The notes: a model not told the origin generated them from the sequence alone. 64,000 nt of DNA from Candidatus Omnitrophota bacterium (GCA_003142795.1 PLNN01000019.1:51991-115990), one strand, 5' to 3'; positions 27,989 through 38,000 are shown, counted from the first letter of the stretch. Program-made: numbers and translations.

Positions 27989-28004
27989 CCTATATAAATA
28001 AGTT

Positions 28005-28146
28005 AAATAACAAAAAGTTATATAATATTATTGACAATGTTATATTAATATTATACCCTATATAAAAGAATAAAAAGTTATAAATAGTATAGAATTTGCT
28101 TAAACATTCACAAAAATATGAAATATGAAGGGCTGAAAAACCAGAA
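28005..28146 (+). promoter_or_regulatory. Extremely AT-rich promoter region for ORF2
   Basis: GC is about 20% here. Elements present are TTGACA at 28031-28036, several TATAAT-like hexamers, an 11-bp direct repeat aaaaagttata at 28011-28021 and 28072-28082, and a 10-codon uORF (28118-28150) whose TGA overlaps the ORF2 ATG. Confidence 0.45.
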
Positions 28147-31100
28147 ATGAATTTTGAGGGCTTAGTTAAAAGTAAATCGGTAAAAAACGAGCTGACTTCC
28201 AAATGTCTTTTTACGGGCTGGCAAAGTCATAGAAAGAAAAAATGGATTTGCCTCATCGCCATTATTCTTACCTGTACCTTCATTCCTCAAAACATAGCAT
28301 ATTCTCAAGATGCCGCTCCTATTTGGTCTAAGGAACAGAACGGGAACGGCGATGTCAGAATTCCTAAAGAAATTGCCGTTATAAAAGAATCTTACGCCGC
28401 CTCAAACGGTAAGACCGTGATCAATATACAAGACGCCCATGCTTCTCTAGGCGCCCAAGAATCGATCGTAGCCGCACTAGACTTTTTGGTGGCTAATTAC
28501 GACTTAAAGTTGGTAGCCATTGAAGGCTCAAGCGGATACATCGATACCTCTCTTTTAAAAACATTTCCCAATGAACGCATGAGAAGGAGTGCCGCTGAAT
28601 ATCTCATGAAACAGGGCAAAATGTCTGCGGGTGAATTCTTTTCCATCACGTCAAATAAACCAATAGCATTATATGGGATAGAAGATAAGCCGTTATATAC
28701 TGAGAACGTAGAGCAATTCCGTAAAATATACGAAATAAACGAGTCGGCAGGCAAAGATATCAAGAAAATGCTTGAAGTCCTGAGATCTTTAAAGGGCAAG
28801 ATCTATTCCGACGATCTGAAAGCGCTTGATGAAGATGCGGATCTGCATATAAACGGTAAGATATCATTTAGCGCACGATGGAAATTAACCCGGGACCTGG
28901 CGGCAAGATACGGGATCGATTATAAAAAATATGATAATCTGGCGAAGCTTATAAGATCTTTTGATCTGGAAAAAGGGATAAATTTTGAGAAAGCGAATAA
29001 AGAACGTAGTTTATTAATAAATGAACTGAGCAAAAAACTTCCTAAAGACAGGCTTGAACAAGTAATATTAAAATCCGCCTCATTCAGCGCTCATAAAATT
29101 GCTCAAGGTGAATACTATGCCTACCTGCAGCGTCTTGTCAGGGAAAATGGCATAGATCCCAGCCCCTATTCCAATCTCATTGCGTATACAGATTATGCAG
29201 CCCTTTATGAATCTGTAGACATTTTAGCGGTTTTTGAAGAAATAAAGGATTTAGAAGGCCGCATCCAGAGTAAGCTATTCAAAAATGAGGACCAGAAGAA
29301 ACTTTACGAATTCTCGCAATACATTGGACAGTTAAAAGACCTGTTCGAACTGAAGCTTACAAATGTGGATTTTAAATGTATTTCTGAGAACGGAAAAGAG
29401 TCTAATGCCCGCGAGATCTCAAAATTCGTAAAAGATGCCGCCGTAAAATATAACGTTAAGATCGATAATAAAGAAAATGACCTCGCTGGAACATTCCGCA
29501 ACATACCCATCGCATTAGAATTTTATAAAACAGCCGAAAAGAGAAACTCTGCGATGCTCGCCAATACGATAAAGCGGATGAGCGCGGAGGGGCAGAGGAT
29601 GGCGGCGTTGATAACCGGCGGCTACCATACAAAAGGGCTGACAGAAAGGCTGAAAGAAAATAAGACCTCTTATTTTGTACTGCTGCCGACATTCGATCCA
29701 TCCAAGGGAGAAAGGCCCTACGCCGCGATACTCACGAATAAAAAACAATCTTATGAATCGTTTCTGGACACAGGCAAATATTATCTTGCCACAAGCGCTT
29801 TGCTCGAAGGCGCCGACTTAACCAAATTCGAAGAAGCCTTCGGGCATATATTGGAACAAACGATCGATGAAATAAAAACCAAAGTTTCTGATCCCGGAGA
29901 AATAGAAACAAGGCTATTATCATCAATACATAGCTGGGTAGAAAACCGCGAGTCTTTCCTCAAGGCTAACCCTCCGCCCGGGGAGTTTCGTCCCATAAGA
30001 TCGGAGGAATTTGAAAAATATCTTTTGAGATTGTCCGGAAAATTACTCAGCAAACCGGAGAAATGGGAAGAAAAGGACAGAGACACAAAAGGCGAGAACG
30101 CCGGCCATGCGCGCGAAATAATAGAGGATTTAATAAAACAAGGTAAAGTGGTTGAAGTCTTCCTTGCAAAAGACCACCTGGTGGCATATCGCGTGAGATG
30201 GATATACGATTACAAGCCGGGACAGATACAAGAACGAGACAATGTCTTCGAGGAAGAGATAAAAGTGAATCAGTTGTTTACCACGGTGCAGCAAAATCAT
30301 ATGATTAGTTGGATAAGAGTCCATCCCATTAACAGGGGCGCGATCAGGCTCCCGCACTTTCGGGTAATTCTTGATGATGTCAGCTTAAGATGGACGGATC
30401 ATATTGAAACGTCTAATATTTGCCATGCCGGACATCGCGATGGCGTTATCTACATAGGCGAACGTCTATTAACGTCCATGTTTGATTATGCCAGCGATCC
30501 CGTTAGAAATCTTGTCCTGGACCAGGATGAATATCAGCATTTATTAGACCCTAATTTTGTCTGTACGGTTGACAAAAAAGTACTGAAAAAAAGATTAAGA
30601 GCGGTTAACGAAAGAATAAAAGATATTTTAAGCAAACCCCCATCAATCGCCAAATATAAACTTAAAGTTTGCACCACGCATGACGAGGCTATTGCTAAGC
30701 ATAGCGGCATCAACCCCGATAACGGTAATATACGATGGGGTAACTTTCGGCCACGGATGAACCCCTATATAACAGATCGGATAGGCCCCATAACGGTTTC
30801 AGCCGGACTTTACATTATAAAAAGCAAGGGAGGCCCTTCTTTAGAAACAGCGGATACAAATATGAAAATATGGGTGGAGGGGAAGGACGAACCCGGCAAG
30901 TGGAATGAAATAAAGATGGATATGATTTACGCCAAGGATCTGGGCGGGGGGATCGCTTTTTCGTTTGTCGGCACTCTACCCGCTTTCTTCAAGGGCAAGT
31001 ACACATTTAGGTATTCAGTGGATGGCGGTAAGAACTGGCAATGGGCCAATAATGGCCCGGGAGACGATAGGGTAATAATCAGGCAGGAAGCCTTGCAACA

Positions 31101-34100
31101 GAGCGGGAAAAAATTGATTGCAAAGCAGGCGGATGAATATCTGATAGGTCCAAGAGGCGGGAAACATCGCACCATACGCCTTTATAAGCACGACTTGAAT
31201 TTAAGGTGGATATTTGATATGCCTTCTGACAGCTCCGGACGCCGGATAATTTTTAGCGACAATAACATAGGGTCTGTCCAAGGAAAGGGTGAAGGCAGCG
31301 TAAGTATGTATTACGATCCTCTAGAGAAAGCCGTCCTGATCAACATGGAGAGCATGGTATCTAATGGGCCGTCACAAGATAGTGTTGGCGTACTTCGAGA
31401 GGCCGGATGGGATTTAGCGCGCATAAAAATACCCATAGATGAAAATGGCATAGCGAAAGAAGTTATCCATGAACGCGAATTTATGGGGATTTCGCGTTCA
31501 GGCATCGCGATTCTTTTAAAACATGCGGGGGTAGATACAAAATTTAAAGATATTTACGCATTAGTTAAGCAGGAGTTAGTTCTTCGCGAAGTAGATAAGT
31601 TTGCTGAGGAGCAGGAAGCTCAAGATACCAAGACACTGTCAATAGATCCTATGAATAAGGTAGATGATTTCTTAAGAGATCCTGAGGCTTTTGGTGTTTT
31701 TGAGAATTTGCGGGGTGACATAAAAAAGATAGAAGATATAATTATATTCGCAAAACCATGGGAATTGAAACAATATGCCTTAGAACGTCTTAAAGGGCTT
31801 GTTAATAAAGGATATTACGGTAGAGATGAGTATTTTGAACTTGCGACCTACGCCGCTGAAAAAGACGGCCTTGAAGAAATGGCCTATATAGAGAGAACGA
31901 TAAGGCAAGATAAGTCTTTTCTTACCGATATGGGTATAGATGCCGCCAGGGTAGACAGCATTACTTTACATTGGCGCGCCCGCGGCCTTACCAAAGCCAT
32001 ATATCACGTGACAATAAACATGGACGACGGTACGGAGCGCATTTTTGCCATAAGCCTTATGAGGCCGCTCTATTCGCAATTAGGGTTTTCGATGGAAGAG
32101 ATCGAGAAGTCATTGGATCTCTGGTCAAAGATGAGCGAGGCAGGCGTAGACTACGTGCCCCACTTTTATGCCGTAAGGCGGATTAACGATTATCGGCCGA
32201 AATTATTCGATAAAGAACTGCCGGTGCATACGACGCCGGGACCTACGATAGTTTCCAACACTATCAATCCGGCAAAGATCATGTACAATGACTTATTGAT
32301 AATAGCAAGAGAGTTCGTTCAGGGCTATGACATGCCCGGATATTGCACACATTGTTGTACTACGCATCAGGAAGAGAGGGATGTATATGTCGCCGGAATA
32401 AGCGCGTACTTCCGGATGTGGAAAGAGGGCAAAAAAACTGTTGCCGACACAGGGCGAGCTCTATTAAATCCCGATCCGCGCAATGTTGTTGTGCATCCCG
32501 AAGGCAATAATTACCATGGCGTTGTTACCGATCTAAATGGTTTGCGGGAAGGGGTCGGCCTGGAGGAACTTTTAACATCATTGCAAAAAACAGGTTATGA
32601 AAAAAAGGACGTCCTGGCTGCCGCGCGGCAGACGCTCGATGGGGCAGAGTATGAATTTGCGAAACAATATTATAGAACAGGCGAGCATCCGGATTTTAAG
32701 GCTGTGTGTACAGAAGCCCTTACACGCGAGAGCATCCAAAAATTAGTTGCCGGAATATTAAAGAATCCGGCCAGGTTAAATAAAGAGGAGCAGGTAATCT
32801 CCCCCAAAAAAGTGAAATTTGCGCTTGACAGCATCTTCCACATCGTAGGAAGAAGTACGAATGATCTATCCGGCGAAGATAGGCGTTTAATACTCTCAAA
32901 GATAAAAAGACTTATTCGCCAGGGATTTCCAAATAAAATAAGATATTTTCGCATGAGAGAAAGCCAGCAACCGGTCGCTGAGATGCTATGTGCATTCGCA
33001 AAAGAAAATACGCACTATCTTGTAGAGGGGTTCCTTAATGATGAAGGGTTTTCTTCCGCAGGGAATAGTTTGGCGCGGGAAGGACACCTGCGCAGAGTGA
33101 TATTACGTCAGATGCTTAGGGAACTTTATCCGAAAGGGGACAAAGCCGATAACATAGAAAAGACTCTATTAGGCCCGGATTTACTGTTTCGCGAAGCCCT
33201 TAGTAACTACGCGTGGAAATGTCGTATCAGGACCGCCATGGAAGACCATGTGCTGTGCCGAAACCTGGTGACCTATCAGAAATCTCGCGACAAAGACGTG
33301 GCCAGGCGCGCCGCGGCAGAATATGTAGAGACTATTTATATGATAATGAAGAAAGAGATGGATGAAGACGGAAGGGTGTTTGGTAGTAGCGAAGAATTGA
33401 TCGATTATCTAAGGACACATTTCGGCGTAAGAAAATTTATTATCGCCGGCGGCAAGGGCACAAGATTCTCCCCCGGTGGTCTTATCCTAAAGCCTCGTTT
33501 TAAACCAGACAACTATAACACCAATATAAAACTCTCCAGGGAATCATCGGCTTTCGGAACGCTTGAAGACGTGATAGTCGTTGACGCCACCACCGTGTTT
33601 TACATACTTAAAGACAAGTGTCCCATAGCTGCATCTATAAAGAGTGGAATACGCGATAGGATAAGCAGCGAGATTTCAAAACTTGTGGATGCAGGTGTTA
33701 TAGATAGCCGAAAAGGGGCGGATTTATCAAGCGCTATACGCAGGATAGTCGATGAAGAGATGCATTACACTCGCAGGCCCGATGGTCTATGGGACCTATC
33801 CATGGTGTTGCGCTCCATAGAAGAAAAGGCAGGCGAGAAAGACTTGAAGAGCCATCTGGTCATTGATAAGATAGCGTACGCGATATTTAAGACAATAATG
33901 GATGACAAGACGCTGATAGATAAAAGTAAGATAGACGAGCTCTTTGGCAGAAATTGCATTGTGGTGTTGGACTCAGGGGAAGGGCACGGAGGCGCTTATG
34001 CTGAAGCATTGTCCGAACTTGAGACTAGCGGTAAATTGCAAGAAGCGCGCTATTCGGTCATAGTGTATGCCGATTCACCCGGATGGGGGCTCGATAGGTA

Positions 34101-37100
34101 TCCCAATTACGTCTTTACGTCTTACCTTGCCACGGTGAACCTTCTTTCTCCGAAAGTGAATGACTTACCGAAAGTTACCATAGCGGTAAAAAACCCGAAA
34201 GACGGCAGGGCTGAAGGACGCGCTCGCGTTTTTACCGAATACACCGAAAAATTTGCCAATACACCTATAGGACTTAAGGAATGGGCAGACATGTCTCCCG
34301 CAGAAAGAGCCGAATCTATCGATATGGCAAGGCAACACGACCAGAGATGGCTTACAAATGCCAATATTCTTATCTATGATACGATGTGGGCCGCAAAGAG
34401 ACGCGGTGTTCTCTATGAGCGCTATCGTCACGAACTCGGAGAAGCCGGCGAGCACAAACAAAGATCTTATGAGTATTGGGCTAGCGATTATTTAAATATT
34501 GCCGCCGCTGAATATGAAGAAACAGCGAAAGAAAACCCGGATGCTTCGCCTATGACACGTCTTGTGTATGTCGGAGAGAGCGCTCCGGACGCATTGAAGA
34601 CCCTACCGACGGCTCTAAATTATAGAGATGATCGCCAAGACATGATAATAAAAAAGATAAGGGCGATGGGAGTCGTTGTTGATCCTGATGTGACGATATC
34701 GATATCCAGCGATGATATGGGTGCGGCAAGTTTTGATCTGTGCAGAGCTATCGATTCTATTTTTGGGGACAATCGTGAAGACGCACCTGGATCCGGTCCA
34801 ATAAGACTTAAGGGCACCATACATCTTAGCGATACCGTAGTTGTCAAAAAAGGAGCTACTTTGGATGGCACCAAAAAAGACATTTCGCTGACAGGCAAGT
34901 GCGTTGTTGAAAGAGGCGTGGAGCTGGGTGGTGTTATCGCAGAAAATGAGCTCTTTACCAACAGCCGCCCATACGAACAGGAAAATGTTTACCTGACAGG
35001 GTTTCCGTTTTCGAGCCAGAGCACCGTTGAATCTGTCCCGGTTACCGGAATAGATTTCAGGGCTATGGGTATTATTGTAAACGATTCCACAAGAGTATGG
35101 ATCGCAAAAAAGGATAAAGATAGAAGTGACCTCGAGATCCTCAAAAACATTTTCGGAAACGACACAGACGGCCACAGGGTGACAGACCAGATATTTTTAT
35201 ATGGCGATATTGTTCTGGATGAAAACGTCAGGGTTGAAAATGGAACTATGTTGGACGGACGGCGTAATAGAGTAATTCTTACCGGTAAGACCCACGTAGG
35301 TAAAGGCGTAAATTTAAAAGGCGTCAAGGCGGAAGACACGGTGTTTGCCGGCATCGATTATCTCGATGTCTACCATTACAGGCAACCGGCACACGACTCT
35401 ATTATCGAGATCAATAATTCTCTTTTTGTTAATTCTTACATAGAGTTCGGCGCCAAGGTGCGTAACTCTATGGCAATAAATTCCTGCGTTATGACAGAAG
35501 CGCTAATAGCCGAATCCGACATTTTAGGAGAAATCGTTGTCCCAGGTAATGATATTACAAATCGCCGGTTAAAAGACATGGTTAATACCGTATCTCTGTC
35601 TGTCGAAATAGGAGATAGGATCGAAAAGGATTATGTGCCCGGGCCATTCCGCCTCGAAGAATTATCTCCGGAAGATCAGGTGGGCATAAGAGAAGGTTAT
35701 CAAAAAGTTGCCGCATATTTTTATGAAAGGATTATCCCAGTTAGATCGGTAAGGAAAAGATTGATCGAAGATACACAAAAGTTCTTATACAGTGATGTTA
35801 CGGCCAAGCTTACAATAGAACAGCTGAAGCAATATATATTCGCCAAGGCAAGGGAAAATATCAGAAGATACGGCTCAAAAAGCAATGAGGCGGAAAGGCC
35901 TGCGCGGCTTGCGGCAGTTATCAGGGCACATTTGCAGCCGGTAATGGAAGAAGCGCATAGCGTGGACATGGGAAATGCGCCGGTCGCCAGGAACACGTTT
36001 CGCAGACTGGCCATATTGAGCGCCAGGTTCAATTTTGTGGACTATTCTATAAATCCGGAAATTTTCGACACCGGCCATCTGGATGCGGCTGCAAAAAACC
36101 CCGAAAAAGATTTTACGCTTCTGGATCAATTTGCCGAAAAAGAACTTGCCATTGACGGTCTGAATAAATTTGAGGAGATGGTCTTTGGCAGCCGCAAAGG
36201 AACGTTCTTATATCTCACTGATAATATAGGAGAGACCGAAGCTGACGCGCCGATGTGGGAATTTCTGGTCAGGATGGGGCACACCGTAGTTATCGGTGCC
36301 AAAGATGAATTTTGCTTTGGAGACATCGACGTTGAGGGAGTAGAAAAGATAATAGCTGACCATCCATCTCTTTCGGAATACGAGAAAAGCGGGGGAATAA
36401 GAGTTATTAAGACCGGTTCTGCGAGCGAGGGTGTATTCGCCCATAGTTTTAGCCATGAAGTGCAGGAAGTCTTAAAAGATAAATCTCTCATAGCGTTAAT
36501 TTCTAAAGGTCAGGCCAACATATTCAGTCTATCCGCCCGGAACAACATGAAAATGCCGGTAGTAGCTATGCTTGTGTCAAAGTCTATTACAGCAAAGAGG
36601 ATCACCGGTATCGCGCCCAAAGTTGTCGGCGACAAAACGACATTTTGGCCCGTCATCGCCGTGATCCCGGCAGGGAGCCATATAATGGACTGTAAAGGGC
36701 CGAGCCAATTCGAGGGAACGCTTCAAAGGTTTGGCACCGTTCGTGACGAGCTGGTTTCCGGGGAAAGGTCGAGTTTCATCGTAGGTTTACCGAAAGGCAC
36801 ACCAAAAAAAATTGCGAGCATGGTAGAAACGGCGGTCAATGCCTCCCCGCTTCTCGGCAAAACGGCAAAAATAGAAGTATTCAGCGAAGGAGCAGAAGAG
36901 TTCGATGAAATGTTGGCAAAGGAAAGGACGAACGGTGTTTATCTTGACGAAAGCGTTTTGAGCCAGCTGGCTGCTCAACAAGATGCCCAGGACTTGATCA
37001 ATTCTGTGAGCGTCACCGTTTCAAGTATACTTATAGATTCCAGGACGCGCGAGGATCTGGAAAATATTTTGATCGAAATCGAGCAGAATATTGAAGCGAT

Positions 37101-37842
37101 CAAGAAATGCGACATCGACGAAGATAAAGCAAAATTGGAAGAGCTAATGAATAAGCATTCTAGCTACATAAAAGATCTCAAGTTGCTCATCTCCCGTAGA
37201 AAGCAAATAATAGAAAAGGCCTACAACAGTAATATTGATAGAATAGTGAGAGAGGCTACATCGTATGACAACAAGATAGCGGTGGCGACCACCGAAACTG
37301 TGGCCGGGTTCGATCCGTTCACATTCGACAACATAGGGAAAGCTGCGGCTCAAGGCATCGTAAACTATTTTATTTTTGGCGATATATTAAAAAGTCCCGA
37401 AGAGGCTGAAGCTTTTGTGAAGGCCTGCGGATACGAAGGCGATATGGCCGCTATACGATTCATAGACAAAAGAGGCCTTTCGTACAGGGAGTTAGCCGCC
37501 AGAATAGCCGCAGAAACTAACTTGCCCATGGAGAAAATAGGCATAAGGGCCGCTGCGGGCGAGCTTGAACTTCCGAAAAACGGGGAAGAAGCCGTACCTG
37601 GCGTATTATTAGAAGTACAGGCCAAGGGAGATATCTATTTAGCGATGAATTCCTACCAGGCACTGCTTAAGATACTAACACAACTAAAAGAAGGCGCTAC
37701 TCTTGAAGAGATTAAGATATCCGGCGTGGAAAAGACTGGTCGAAGGGGCGTATTCAATTATTCACCTCGAATAGATTACGATAAAGATATGAAAGATTAT
37801 AGAAATGCCATTGGGCTAATTTTGGTACGGACAAATGCGTAG
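28147..37842 (+). CDS. Giant secreted or anchored multidomain protein (3231 aa): N-terminal conserved domain, sugar-nucleotidyltransferase-like segment and left-handed beta-helix
   Basis: Uninterrupted ORF. The N-terminal KKKWICLIAIILTCTFIPQNIAYSQD reads as a signal peptide or anchor. It is paralogous to ORF3 over the N-terminal ~430 aa and over the NTP-transferase motif. Confidence 0.8.
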   Translation: MNFEGLVKSKSVKNELTSKCLFTGWQSHRKKKWICLIAIILTCTFIPQNIAYSQDAAPIWSKEQNGNGDVRIPKEIAVIKESYAASNGKTVINIQDAHASLGAQESIVAALDFLVANYDLKLVAIEGSSGYIDTSLLKTFPNERMRRSAAEYLMKQGKMSAGEFFSITSNKPIALYGIEDKPLYTENVEQFRKIYEINESAGKDIKKMLEVLRSLKGKIYSDDLKALDEDADLHINGKISFSARWKLTRDLAARYGIDYKKYDNLAKLIRSFDLEKGINFEKANKERSLLINELSKKLPKDRLEQVILKSASFSAHKIAQGEYYAYLQRLVRENGIDPSPYSNLIAYTDYAALYESVDILAVFEEIKDLEGRIQSKLFKNEDQKKLYEFSQYIGQLKDLFELKLTNVDFKCISENGKESNAREISKFVKDAAVKYNVKIDNKENDLAGTFRNIPIALEFYKTAEKRNSAMLANTIKRMSAEGQRMAALITGGYHTKGLTERLKENKTSYFVLLPTFDPSKGERPYAAILTNKKQSYESFLDTGKYYLATSALLEGADLTKFEEAFGHILEQTIDEIKTKVSDPGEIETRLLSSIHSWVENRESFLKANPPPGEFRPIRSEEFEKYLLRLSGKLLSKPEKWEEKDRDTKGENAGHAREIIEDLIKQGKVVEVFLAKDHLVAYRVRWIYDYKPGQIQERDNVFEEEIKVNQLFTTVQQNHMISWIRVHPINRGAIRLPHFRVILDDVSLRWTDHIETSNICHAGHRDGVIYIGERLLTSMFDYASDPVRNLVLDQDEYQHLLDPNFVCTVDKKVLKKRLRAVNERIKDILSKPPSIAKYKLKVCTTHDEAIAKHSGINPDNGNIRWGNFRPRMNPYITDRIGPITVSAGLYIIKSKGGPSLETADTNMKIWVEGKDEPGKWNEIKMDMIYAKDLGGGIAFSFVGTLPAFFKGKYTFRYSVDGGKNWQWANNGPGDDRVIIRQEALQQSGKKLIAKQADEYLIGPRGGKHRTIRLYKHDLNLRWIFDMPSDSSGRRIIFSDNNIGSVQGKGEGSVSMYYDPLEKAVLINMESMVSNGPSQDSVGVLREAGWDLARIKIPIDENGIAKEVIHEREFMGISRSGIAILLKHAGVDTKFKDIYALVKQELVLREVDKFAEEQEAQDTKTLSIDPMNKVDDFLRDPEAFGVFENLRGDIKKIEDIIIFAKPWELKQYALERLKGLVNKGYYGRDEYFELATYAAEKDGLEEMAYIERTIRQDKSFLTDMGIDAARVDSITLHWRARGLTKAIYHVTINMDDGTERIFAISLMRPLYSQLGFSMEEIEKSLDLWSKMSEAGVDYVPHFYAVRRINDYRPKLFDKELPVHTTPGPTIVSNTINPAKIMYNDLLIIAREFVQGYDMPGYCTHCCTTHQEERDVYVAGISAYFRMWKEGKKTVADTGRALLNPDPRNVVVHPEGNNYHGVVTDLNGLREGVGLEELLTSLQKTGYEKKDVLAAARQTLDGAEYEFAKQYYRTGEHPDFKAVCTEALTRESIQKLVAGILKNPARLNKEEQVISPKKVKFALDSIFHIVGRSTNDLSGEDRRLILSKIKRLIRQGFPNKIRYFRMRESQQPVAEMLCAFAKENTHYLVEGFLNDEGFSSAGNSLAREGHLRRVILRQMLRELYPKGDKADNIEKTLLGPDLLFREALSNYAWKCRIRTAMEDHVLCRNLVTYQKSRDKDVARRAAAEYVETIYMIMKKEMDEDGRVFGSSEELIDYLRTHFGVRKFIIAGGKGTRFSPGGLILKPRFKPDNYNTNIKLSRESSAFGTLEDVIVVDATTVFYILKDKCPIAASIKSGIRDRISSEISKLVDAGVIDSRKGADLSSAIRRIVDEEMHYTRRPDGLWDLSMVLRSIEEKAGEKDLKSHLVIDKIAYAIFKTIMDDKTLIDKSKIDELFGRNCIVVLDSGEGHGGAYAEALSELETSGKLQEARYSVIVYADSPGWGLDRYPNYVFTSYLATVNLLSPKVNDLPKVTIAVKNPKDGRAEGRARVFTEYTEKFANTPIGLKEWADMSPAERAESIDMARQHDQRWLTNANILIYDTMWAAKRRGVLYERYRHELGEAGEHKQRSYEYWASDYLNIAAAEYEETAKENPDASPMTRLVYVGESAPDALKTLPTALNYRDDRQDMIIKKIRAMGVVVDPDVTISISSDDMGAASFDLCRAIDSIFGDNREDAPGSGPIRLKGTIHLSDTVVVKKGATLDGTKKDISLTGKCVVERGVELGGVIAENELFTNSRPYEQENVYLTGFPFSSQSTVESVPVTGIDFRAMGIIVNDSTRVWIAKKDKDRSDLEILKNIFGNDTDGHRVTDQIFLYGDIVLDENVRVENGTMLDGRRNRVILTGKTHVGKGVNLKGVKAEDTVFAGIDYLDVYHYRQPAHDSIIEINNSLFVNSYIEFGAKVRNSMAINSCVMTEALIAESDILGEIVVPGNDITNRRLKDMVNTVSLSVEIGDRIEKDYVPGPFRLEELSPEDQVGIREGYQKVAAYFYERIIPVRSVRKRLIEDTQKFLYSDVTAKLTIEQLKQYIFAKARENIRRYGSKSNEAERPARLAAVIRAHLQPVMEEAHSVDMGNAPVARNTFRRLAILSARFNFVDYSINPEIFDTGHLDAAAKNPEKDFTLLDQFAEKELAIDGLNKFEEMVFGSRKGTFLYLTDNIGETEADAPMWEFLVRMGHTVVIGAKDEFCFGDIDVEGVEKIIADHPSLSEYEKSGGIRVIKTGSASEGVFAHSFSHEVQEVLKDKSLIALISKGQANIFSLSARNNMKMPVVAMLVSKSITAKRITGIAPKVVGDKTTFWPVIAVIPAGSHIMDCKGPSQFEGTLQRFGTVRDELVSGERSSFIVGLPKGTPKKIASMVETAVNASPLLGKTAKIEVFSEGAEEFDEMLAKERTNGVYLDESVLSQLAAQQDAQDLINSVSVTVSSILIDSRTREDLENILIEIEQNIEAIKKCDIDEDKAKLEELMNKHSSYIKDLKLLISRRKQIIEKAYNSNIDRIVREATSYDNKIAVATTETVAGFDPFTFDNIGKAAAQGIVNYFIFGDILKSPEEAEAFVKACGYEGDMAAIRFIDKRGLSYRELAARIAAETNLPMEKIGIRAAAGELELPKNGEEAVPGVLLEVQAKGDIYLAMNSYQALLKILTQLKEGATLEEIKISGVEKTGRRGVFNYSPRIDYDKDMKDYRNAIGLILVRTNA
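28415..29700 (+). other. Conserved N-terminal domain shared by ORF2 and ORF3, possibly a TraB/GumN/Tiki-like fold
   Basis: ORF2 has INIQDAHASLGAQ...AIEGSSGYIDTS...ERNSAMLANTIKRM...ALITGGYHTKGLTERLKE. ORF3 has IHIQDAHCNYEAQ...SVEGADGFVDTA...VLITGGFHTTGISKILEG. The C-terminal RN...GG.H.G motif resembles the TraB/GumN GaaHLxG motif. The fold assignment is tentative. Confidence 0.35.
33439..33474 (+). other. Sugar-phosphate nucleotidyltransferase glycine-rich motif (IIAGGKGTRFSP) in ORF2
   Basis: Matches the GGxGTR(L/F)xP signature of ManC, GalU and RmlA-type NTP-transferases. Confidence 0.5.
34800..35540 (+). other. Left-handed beta-helix (hexapeptide-repeat) region in ORF2
   Basis: Successive [LIV]-G-x-x-x-x hexads: IRLKGTIHLSDTVVVKKGATLDGTKKDISLTGKCVVERGVELGGVIAEN and VRVENGTMLDGRRNRVILTGKTHVGKGVNLKGVKAED. 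Confidence 0.5.
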
Positions 37843-37957
37843 CTTATTAAGCTATAAAAAAGTTAGATTTTATGGATTGACAAGATTTTCAATTATGGTA
37901 TAGTTTATATACTATAATTAAAGCGATAAAAAGTCATTAATGATAGTTATCCACAAA

Positions 37958-37983
37958 GTAGTGGACGTTTAAACGTCCACTAC
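37958..37983 (+). promoter_or_regulatory. Perfect 26-bp palindrome (gtagtggacgtttaaacgtccactac) 18 nt upstream of the ORF3 start, a candidate operator or RNA hairpin
   Basis: gtagtggacgttt is the exact reverse complement of aaacgtccactac and the site is centred on tttaaa. It lies between the AT-rich promoter-like region (TTGACA 37877-37882, TATAAT 37913-37918) and the RBS aaggagag at 37988-37995. There is no downstream U-tract. Confidence 0.55.
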
Positions 37984-38000
37984 AACTAAGGAGAGTATAA

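Noticed and set aside
37958-37983. The 26-bp palindrome read as the rho-independent terminator of ORF2
   Set aside because: It lies 115 nt past the stop and has no U-tract following it. It sits between promoter-like hexamers and the ORF3 RBS, which better fits an operator or 5'-UTR element.
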